From positions 28,743 to 41,955 of the forward strand of contig CAZVZC010000013.1 in NCBI GenBank assembly GCA_964631415.1: a stretch of 13,213 nt of DNA, read 5' to 3'. The position numbers and the translations under genes were made by a program. Position 1 is the first letter of the stretch; each line of letters opens with the position of its first letter. This DNA comes from an uncultured archaeon. Its GTDB lineage: Archaea > Asgardarchaeota > Thorarchaeia > Thorarchaeales > Thorarchaeaceae. The notes beneath the pieces were generated by a model. It saw only the letters and a list, made by a program, of their open reading frames with translations. It ran no database searches and was not told where the DNA came from. Shown one piece after another: positions 7,190 through 13,213 of this stretch.

Positions 7190-7549
7190 CTAGTAGTAGT
7201 CGACATCGACCTCGCCGCGAGTGTAGCCATGACCTTTCAGATGCTGGCCTCCGCACAGTAGGACCATGTTGTACGGAAACAACGCCACTCGTGCTCCACT
7301 CGGTATTATGTCTGACGCCTTCGCAAGAGTTGCATCTATGAAGCAGTCGCCGAGCTGTTCAGGAGTGAGACCCAGGCGGCTGGTGAGCTGCGCAAAAGTT
7401 TCGTTCGTAACATGCGCAACCCACATCACAGTGTCTTCGTCCGGCCGGCTCCCTGGCACGAGCGACCTGAGCATACCATAAAGATGGACCTCGACCCGCG
7501 GTGGTTGTTGCGCTGATTCTTCATGTGCGCGCTGTGTCAAATGGACCAT
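7190..7549 (-). CDS. Divergent MoaD/ThiS-like ubiquitin-fold protein with internal LCGG and an 18-aa tail
   Basis: RVEVHLYGMLRSLVP (beta1 plus helix), TFAQLTSRLGL, CFIDATL (equivalent to vNG), IPSGARVALFP (equivalent to L.dGD.v.lfP), then YNMVLLCGG-QHLKGHGYTRGEVDVDYY. Its stop abuts the RBS of the next Ubl gene. The start is uncertain (ATG 7549 or TTG 7540). Confidence 0.72.
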   Translation of the reverse strand: MVHLTQRAHEESAQQPPRVEVHLYGMLRSLVPGSRPDEDTVMWVAHVTNETFAQLTSRLGLTPEQLGDCFIDATLAKASDIIPSGARVALFPYNMVLLCGGQHLKGHGYTRGEVDVDYY

Positions 7550-7653
7550 CCCGAATATGTGTTTGTCGTCTTCATTTCCGTAACGACAGCGATGTACAAT
7601 GCTTGGCCATATGGTGGTCTTGCCAAGGTAGAAGAAGCTTGCTGATGGTGCCT

Positions 7654-7687
7654 AGAATAAAGAGAGAGAGGGGAAATGCATCCCCTC
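7654..7687 (-). terminator. Stem-loop plus pyrimidine tract downstream of aor
   Basis: Minus strand GAGGGGA-TGCATT-TCCCCTC followed by TCTCTCTTTATTCT: a 7-bp perfect stem starting 12 nt after the aor stop codon. Confidence 0.5.
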
Positions 7688-7699
7688 CTTGATACCAGA

Positions 7700-9493
7700 C
7701 TAGAATCCCTTGTATACTGCATCGATGTCTGCGTCAGTGACGTCGAAAGTGACATTATGCGGTGGGAGCTTTTCTGTGCGGAAGAACTCAGGCAGCCTGT
7801 CGTCGCGTTCAGTGAATCCTGCTCTCTGGTTGAAACCGCGCTCAGCCTTCAACACAGCCATTCCGTACTCTGTGACATCAATCTTCTTTCCGAGGAAAGA
7901 GTCAACAGAATCGGTCATTGCTTTGAAACCTGCGTCATCGTCTAGAACACAGAAAGCGATGAAGAGACAGTACCCACTGGAGTCGATATAGGCTGTCGTG
8001 GCTTGGAAGGCTCGTGAGAGGTCGGCCTTCTTCAGGTCTCTTGGGTCAGTGACCTTGCCCTTGATGCCAAGTATCTCGGCCGCTATGGTGTAGCCTGACG
8101 TGTGATCCGCCCCCATTGGGGTTGTCGCGTAGGTCACACCAATACCACGGACCGGTCTTGGGTCATACGCCGGCAAGGACTGCCCCTTGACCACTGGGAT
8201 ACGAGTGACTCCCAGGACATGGCCAGTGGTCGATGCTCCTGAGCACACCAGCCTGCCAAGGTAGGACTTCGGGTTGTATGCTTCCTTCAGAGCAGCAATA
8301 GCTGCTGGCCCATCACCGAACTTGATCATTCCGGCCTCCATTAGCATAGCCAAGGTGTTGCCGGTTTCGATTGTGTCCACTCCGAGGTCGTTGCAGAGCC
8401 TGTTGAGCTCGGCCACATCTTTGAGGACGCTGATGCCGAGGTTGGAACCCAGAGCCCAGACAGTTTCATACTCAAGGGGCGATACATGCAGCTTGCCGGT
8501 GTCCTCGTAGGGGACCACGTTGGAGCAAGCGATAGCACAACCGGGGTGACATGCATGGCCGTAAACCCCTTGCGATTTGTCTCCAAGCTTCTCCCTCGTC
8601 TTGTCGACAAGTTCATGGACGGCTTCGCCCGAGATCTTTGCAGCTCCCTCGAAGCGCCCTTCATGAAAGGCTCTGGTTGGGAGACCTCCGGCCTCGTTCA
8701 TGATGTTCTGCAGTATGTTGGTTCCGTAATTCTTCAGACCTCCGAACGGCTTCCCCTTATCGTCCTTCAGTTTGCCTGTGACAGGGTGCGCGTCGAGTGA
8801 CTTGATGAATGTCTTGCGAGCGGCATCGAACCTATCTCTCTCTTTGGGCACTGGAAGAGAACCACCAGTGTCATCAGTCACGATGGTCACTATGTGCTTC
8901 GAGCCAAGCACTGCACCTAGCCCGCCGCGGCCCGCATACCTACCGGGGTCTGTGTTCTCCACGTTGTTGCCGAAGACACCAGCCGCTTTCTGCAGGCGTT
9001 GGCCGGCAATACCACAACCGATGATACCTGGTTTCGATGGGTACTCCTTCCATATTCTGGCAATAAGATCATAGGCGCCGAGACCTGCATACTCGGTCTT
9101 CTTGACTATCTCGCACTTGTCCTTCCCGACAACGATGCTGTACCAGTCCTTGCTAGTTGCGGGCGGAGCGCCTTCAACTATGATGCCCCGTACCCCGATA
9201 CGGCCGAGCTTGGTTCCAGTGAGCCCACCAGCGTTTGCTTCCTTGATACCGCTGGTCAGAGGAGACTTGGCTCCAACGCTCAGTCTGCCGGACGAGGGTG
9301 CAGGTGTTCCAGCAAGTAGACCCGGTGACACCACGAACTTGTTGCGTTCGCGGAGCGGATGACACATCGGATCGACTTCGGTTGAAACTATATGTGAGGT
9401 GAAAGCTCTACCCGCCAGATTCTCCTGCTCAGGCTTAAGCTTCTCCCACTTGAATGTCAGGTCAGTCATGTTGACCCTTAGGACCTTGCTCAT
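7700..9493 (-). CDS. aor: Tungsten-containing aldehyde:ferredoxin oxidoreductase (AOR family)
   Basis: MSKVLRVNMT start, KSPLTSGIKEANAGG, RYAGRGGLGAVLGSK, GTNIL...GGLPTRAF, [4Fe-4S] ligands CHPGCAIAC plus distal DSSGYCLF, EYET, CNDLGVDTIETG, VKGQSLPAYDPR, TPMGADHT, ERGFNQRAG..DDRLPEFF. A strong GGAGGTG RBS (9505-9511) places the start at ATG 9493 (597 aa), not at 9601. Confidence 0.95.
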   Translation of the reverse strand: MSKVLRVNMTDLTFKWEKLKPEQENLAGRAFTSHIVSTEVDPMCHPLRERNKFVVSPGLLAGTPAPSSGRLSVGAKSPLTSGIKEANAGGLTGTKLGRIGVRGIIVEGAPPATSKDWYSIVVGKDKCEIVKKTEYAGLGAYDLIARIWKEYPSKPGIIGCGIAGQRLQKAAGVFGNNVENTDPGRYAGRGGLGAVLGSKHIVTIVTDDTGGSLPVPKERDRFDAARKTFIKSLDAHPVTGKLKDDKGKPFGGLKNYGTNILQNIMNEAGGLPTRAFHEGRFEGAAKISGEAVHELVDKTREKLGDKSQGVYGHACHPGCAIACSNVVPYEDTGKLHVSPLEYETVWALGSNLGISVLKDVAELNRLCNDLGVDTIETGNTLAMLMEAGMIKFGDGPAAIAALKEAYNPKSYLGRLVCSGASTTGHVLGVTRIPVVKGQSLPAYDPRPVRGIGVTYATTPMGADHTSGYTIAAEILGIKGKVTDPRDLKKADLSRAFQATTAYIDSSGYCLFIAFCVLDDDAGFKAMTDSVDSFLGKKIDVTEYGMAVLKAERGFNQRAGFTERDDRLPEFFRTEKLPPHNVTFDVTDADIDAVYKGF

Positions 9494-9504
9494 TTTGGTC
9501 TTGA

Positions 9505-9511
9505 CACCTCC
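9505..9511 (-). promoter_or_regulatory. Shine-Dalgarno site of aor
   Basis: GGAGGTG on the minus strand, 11 nt upstream of ATG 9493. Confidence 0.75.
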
Positions 9512-9733
9512 AAGGTGATTGACACTATGTGCGGAGGCGGGATATATGCCAGTGTTATGCACGGCAGGGCATATCGTGTCTGGCAGACAGCAGCAAACCA
9601 TCGCTTGGGATAGCAGTAACCGTGAAGTTAGGGAAGTGTCGAACCTTCACAACTGGATGCCCAAAGAGAATATAGTCCCCTTGTGTATCGCACTGAGGCG
9701 AACAAACTCGGTTGAACAAGGACGTCGGACTGC

Positions 9734-10603
9734 ATGTGCGAGTGGTGCTACAAACATGGTGCCGGGCAGAAGTGGTACCTGAACTCTAGGAACTACTTAC
9801 GAGAAACCGCGCTTGAGGTCGGCGCTCACGACTACATATTCGAACTCTGGAAGCAGTTTGAGAAAGTCTACCTGCAGAGAATATACGGGATATCGATGAG
9901 GGGTCCGGGCTACAAGTTCAACACCCCTGTAGTAGGCGGGGTTCTCAAGTGGTATGTCAATAGCTGGTTCAAGAAGGAGAAACCCCTGAAGGGACGAAAC
10001 GCCAGAAGAGCCGAGGGTCATCCCGGACAGGTCGTGCCTCTTGAGGATGCAAAGAAGATCCTAGAGCTGGCAGATCCCATCCTGAGAGTGAACTGCGCTT
10101 GCAGGAAGATGACCCGTGGAGTCAACGACCCATGCTGCCTTGCCTTTGGTGCTCTGGCTGAGATGGTGCCCAAGCTTCCGCGATATATTCCCGAGAGAGG
10201 AATGGAACCACTGCACATAGACGAGGCCCAGGCTTTTGTCGAAGAGATGAACGAGGCTGGACGAGTCAACACAGTATGGTTTGGACCGATGCCGTACATC
10301 GCCGCACTGTGCAGCTGTCAGCAGCCCGAGTGTGCCGCAATTCGGCTTAGGACTTCCTACGGTCTCCAGTTCCTATACAAGGGCGAGTACGTTGCCAAGG
10401 TGGACTCGTCGAAGTGCGATGGATGTCAAGCATGCGCATCGAGATGCCAGTTTGGAGCATTGACATTCAATAGCCTGATGAATCGTCCATTCATCGATGG
10501 CTGGAAGTGCTTCGGATGCGGTCTCTGTTCAACAGCCTGTCCACAGGGCGCAATTGGGATGGCAGACCGCGTGTCGTTCCCAGCTCTGAAGGAGGTCTGG
10601 TGA
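9734..10603 (+). CDS. Cys-rich iron-sulfur protein with a C-terminal 2x[4Fe-4S] ferredoxin domain; function unknown
   Basis: 289 aa with 17 Cys: N-terminal CEWCYKH, central CACR...CC...CSCxxxxC, and C-terminal CDGCQACASRC and CFGCGLCSTACP dicluster motifs. Confidence 0.85.
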   Translation: MCEWCYKHGAGQKWYLNSRNYLRETALEVGAHDYIFELWKQFEKVYLQRIYGISMRGPGYKFNTPVVGGVLKWYVNSWFKKEKPLKGRNARRAEGHPGQVVPLEDAKKILELADPILRVNCACRKMTRGVNDPCCLAFGALAEMVPKLPRYIPERGMEPLHIDEAQAFVEEMNEAGRVNTVWFGPMPYIAALCSCQQPECAAIRLRTSYGLQFLYKGEYVAKVDSSKCDGCQACASRCQFGALTFNSLMNRPFIDGWKCFGCGLCSTACPQGAIGMADRVSFPALKEVW

Positions 10604-10824
10604 TGAAGACCGACATCATAGTTGACTACCGAAAGTGTGGGGATCCGCGGGAATGTAAGAAGTGTCTCAAGGTCTGTCCCCCTGCCCTCTTTATCATGTA
10701 CCCTCCGGACTACAAGAGCAATGACCCGGATGAGTGGAGAGTAGATGTAGCATTCACTGATCTCTGCACAAGATGCGGCGACTGCGTGAGAGACTGCCCT
10801 AGAGGCGCAATCAGACTGAAGTAG
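10603..10824 (+). CDS. Small 2x[4Fe-4S] ferredoxin-like protein (73 aa)
   Basis: MKTDIIVDYRKCGDPRECKKCLKVCP...CTRCGDCVRDCPRGAIRLK. The ATG overlaps the upstream stop (TGATG at 10601-10605) with a GGAGGT RBS at 10591-10596, so the ORF-track start at 10507 is over-extended. Confidence 0.88.
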   Translation: MKTDIIVDYRKCGDPRECKKCLKVCPPALFIMYPPDYKSNDPDEWRVDVAFTDLCTRCGDCVRDCPRGAIRLK

Positions 10825-10872
10825 CCCGAAAGACTGAAGTGGTGGCTCGGATGTCTGTCCTCTGGTGAGCAA

Positions 10873-11871
10873 GTGGCGAATTGCTTTGTGACCGGAGGAA
10901 CGGGCTTCGTAGCGAGTCATATTCTGAAGCTCCTCTGCGATCAGCATCATTCTGTATTTGCGCTCACTCGAGAAGCCTCAATTCTGGACTTCCTTCCCAG
11001 GGGTGTCATGACGGCTCGCGGTGATGTCACAGACCTAGACGCCCTGACGAACGCAGTGCCCAAGGATATCGAATGGTTCTTTCACAACGCAGGAGTCATG
11101 GCGGACTGGGGTGGCAGGACTCACTTCTATCCAGTAAATGTGGAAGGGACCCACAATGTTCTGGAAACTGTCAGAAGGAAGGACATACCTAGGCTCATCC
11201 ATACCTCGTCGACCGGTGTCTATGGTTTTCCGAATTCATCCCAGCCGCTAGACGAAGACGCGCCGAAGAGACCCGAAGGCTTCTATCAGAAATCCAAGTA
11301 TGAGGGAGAGATGCTGATTGAGCAATACTCGAAGGACTATGGCATCAAAGCGGCCGTGGTCCGTCCTCCGACCGTGCTTGGGCCACATGACATGTTCACT
11401 GCCCCGCAGATTGTGGATCGTGTGGCCAAGGGTACCATGGTCTACTTCGGCGATGGTACTAACCTGATCAGTTTTGCACATGCTGAGGACGTAGCTTCAT
11501 GTTTGGTCGCCGCTGCCGAGCGTTTCGATAAGTCTGCAGGCAATGCGTACAATGTCATCTCTTTCACATGCCAGTTCAAGGAGCTCTTACTAACAATAAG
11601 GAATCAACTGGGCCCTCCGGCAACAGGGAGTTTCCGCCGAGTGCCCTACAGGGCTGCTTTGGCGCTCGGGACTCTGATGGGTGGGTCCTACAGGGCATTT
11701 CACATCAGAAAGGCGCCTCTGTTGACCAGCTTTCGGGTCAAGCTCTTCGGGACCACATACATCATTGATGACTCAAAGGCGCGAAGAGAACTGGGCTACA
11801 CACCCAAACACAACTTGGAGTCAACTGTCAAGAGTATGCTGACAAGAGTCGAGTCCTTCAAGCCTAGGTAG
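10873..11871 (+). CDS. NAD-dependent epimerase/dehydratase (extended SDR; 3-beta-hydroxysteroid dehydrogenase-like)
   Basis: 332 aa. VTGGTGFVAS, GDVTD, FHNAG, NVEGTHNVL, HTSSTGVYG, catalytic YQKSK, VRPPTVLGP, KARRELGY. GTG start with GGTGA upstream. Confidence 0.9.
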   Translation: MANCFVTGGTGFVASHILKLLCDQHHSVFALTREASILDFLPRGVMTARGDVTDLDALTNAVPKDIEWFFHNAGVMADWGGRTHFYPVNVEGTHNVLETVRRKDIPRLIHTSSTGVYGFPNSSQPLDEDAPKRPEGFYQKSKYEGEMLIEQYSKDYGIKAAVVRPPTVLGPHDMFTAPQIVDRVAKGTMVYFGDGTNLISFAHAEDVASCLVAAAERFDKSAGNAYNVISFTCQFKELLLTIRNQLGPPATGSFRRVPYRAALALGTLMGGSYRAFHIRKAPLLTSFRVKLFGTTYIIDDSKARRELGYTPKHNLESTVKSMLTRVESFKPR

Positions 11872-11874
11872 ACT

Positions 11875-12702
11875 TCACTTCGACTTGCATTTTCTGCCCA
11901 CCATTTGGAGATGCCCGGCGAAGTTGACCAGTGAGCGATTCGTGCAATGGTCAAGCTCCATCTTGAGCAGACGTTGTCTTGTTTCTGTATCCTTCTCCAG
12001 CTTCTCCAATGTTTCCGTCTTGACCCGATGCATGAAGACGGGTGCGCCTACTACCTCGACGACCTCGAGACCGGCCGCTTCAAAGTGGTCTGCCAGTTCC
12101 TCCCACGTGAGATTGTATTGTGGCCAATCGAAGTCGTAGGAGATGCTAGTGGTCAACAGCTTCTCTGCCTCGTCGACGAGACCGGCTTCAATAAGCTCAG
12201 ACACCCGCCTGAATTTCGTGCCCAGACTGACTATGACGTATGACTGGGGCTTGGCCACTCTGGCCAGCTCTTTCATTGCGCTCCGGGGCTCAAGGCAGTA
12301 TGAAACGGCATCATATTGGGAGAACACATAGTCAAACAGACACGATTGAAACTCCTTCATGTCTACTATGTCCGACTTCACGAACGCTATGTCATGATCA
12401 GTCTTCGCCTTAGCGAGTTTCTTCTTGGCCTGTTCAAGCATGCCTCGTGACAAGTCTGACAGAACGATGTTGTGATACCCCAAGGCGATCAGTTTGTCGG
12501 CCCAGTAGCCGTCGCCTCCGCCAGCATCGAGGATTCTGACGGATCTATCCTTTGGCAAGTACTTCAGCATGAAATGCCAAGTGATGTCGTCAGCAAAGCT
12601 CATTGCCGAACGACTGGTATCGTACCTAGAAGGAGCGAATGGACCTGACGAGTATTCTTCGGCATACTTGTCGAATAGTTCCTCAACCTTCCGCCTGTCC
12701 AA
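11875..12702 (-). CDS. Class I SAM-dependent methyltransferase
   Basis: 275 aa. FDKYAEEY N-terminus, motif I ILDAGGGDG, SDLSRGMLEQAKKK, SDIVDM, FDYVF, AMKELARVAKP. TTG start. Convergent with the SDR gene across a 3-bp gap. Confidence 0.9.
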   Translation of the reverse strand: MDRRKVEELFDKYAEEYSSGPFAPSRYDTSRSAMSFADDITWHFMLKYLPKDRSVRILDAGGGDGYWADKLIALGYHNIVLSDLSRGMLEQAKKKLAKAKTDHDIAFVKSDIVDMKEFQSCLFDYVFSQYDAVSYCLEPRSAMKELARVAKPQSYVIVSLGTKFRRVSELIEAGLVDEAEKLLTTSISYDFDWPQYNLTWEELADHFEAAGLEVVEVVGAPVFMHRVKTETLEKLEKDTETRQRLLKMELDHCTNRSLVNFAGHLQMVGRKCKSK

Positions 12703-12751
12703 GAGATTGTATTGGTCTCTAGTCTGCTATGTGTATTTCTACATCCGGCGA

Positions 12752-13213
12752 CTAATGCTGTGGTTTTAGGGGCAGCCGTCTATAGAGTGCGACAACGACC
12801 AAGAGAAGTAACACTGATGCTCCCAGCATTGCCGCAAACAGGGCGGTGGTTCCCATGGCGAAGAACCGTTCATATGTCACAGGGACGACTGCCATCCCTG
12901 CAAACTGCACGGACATTAGCAGACCAGCTAGGGCGCCGCGCTTCTGAGGGGCAATCATCTGACTGTAGTAGATCGCGACCGGATACAGTGTTCCGGCAAC
13001 AACCCCGACAATCAACAGTGCGGTCGTGATCAGAGGCAGGCTCTCTGCTGTCCCGAAGCCGGTGATGCTCATCAGGATGGCGCTCGAAATCATTGACGCA
13101 CCCGTGCCTATAATCATGGGGAGCGCTACCCCTCTGCGCTTGATGAGACCGCCTGTGTATACTCCCAGAATGGCCGCCATGAGAGCGGAGATGAGGAGAA
13201 TACCTGCGACAGT
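12752..13213 (-). CDS. Major facilitator superfamily transporter (C-terminal part; 5' end beyond the right edge)
   Basis: The frame stays open to 13213 (TVAGILLISAL precedes the track's Met). Successive hydrophobic helices, loop GVYTGGLIKRRG (similar to the MFS G..D(R/K).GR repeat) and APQKRGALAGL (MFS P..RG.A.G motif). Confidence 0.8.
   Translation of the reverse strand, partial: TVAGILLISALMAAILGVYTGGLIKRRGVALPMIIGTGASMISSAILMSITGFGTAESLPLITTALLIVGVVAGTLYPVAIYYSQMIAPQKRGALAGLLMSVQFAGMAVVPVTYERFFAMGTTALFAAMLGASVLLLLVVVALYRRLPLKPQH

Noticed and set aside
6843-7193. Selenocysteine or readthrough at the reductase TGA, since an in-frame 115-aa ORF starts immediately afterwards
   Set aside because: There is no Cys/Gly redox context around the TGA (H-stop-VKRL), the extension is antisense to the MoaD-like gene and has no recognisable motifs, and I see no convincing SECIS.
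7537-7755. 72-aa ORF between aor and the first Ubl
   Set aside because: It overlaps the aor 3' end, crosses the terminator-like hairpin and has no motif.
9494-9601. Cys-rich N-terminal extension of AOR (MVCCCLPDTIC...)
   Set aside because: ORF-caller over-extension. The strong RBS and the family N-terminus (kvLRVNmt) place the start at 9493.
10507-10602. Longer 105-aa version of the ferredoxin
   Set aside because: It overlaps the upstream gene. The GGAGGT RBS plus TGATG coupling supports a start at 10603.
928-13029. Remaining short ORFs in the track that are antisense or out of frame within called genes
   Set aside because: They are shadow ORFs of well-supported genes, with no motifs or RBS.
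1-13213. CRISPR array, tRNA/rRNA, transposase/integrase or defence system
   Set aside because: I see no regularly spaced repeats, cloverleaf or rRNA-like sequence, terminal inverted repeats, or recombinase/nuclease motifs. All spacers are about 260 nt or shorter.

Overview
Gene-dense archaeal chromosomal segment with no mobile element, CRISPR array or RNA gene that I can support. The archaeal assignment rests on an archaeal-type ThrRS with an N-terminal editing domain and GGAGG/GGTGA ribosome-binding sites. The paired ~93-aa Ig-like surface repeats resemble those I recall from Asgard archaea (Thorarchaeota-like), which is an inference. Gene order: saccharopine/lysine dehydrogenase-family gene (partial, -), thrS (-), a membrane-anchored family-5 ABC solute-binding protein with circularly permuted domain order (-), a class-I FAD disulfide oxidoreductase with a His-rich tail (+), two tandem MoaD/ThiS/SAMP-like ubiquitin-fold genes (-), a tungsten aldehyde:ferredoxin oxidoreductase (aor, -), a divergent Cys-rich Fe-S protein plus ferredoxin plus extended SDR (+), a class-I SAM methyltransferase (-) and an MFS transporter (partial, -). 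The most notable observations are that both aor-linked ubiquitin-like proteins have their Gly-Gly motif masked by a C-terminal extension, with no E1 or JAMM protease in the window, and that the orphan solute-binding protein is circularly permuted. All calls come from manual motif reading; no searches were run.
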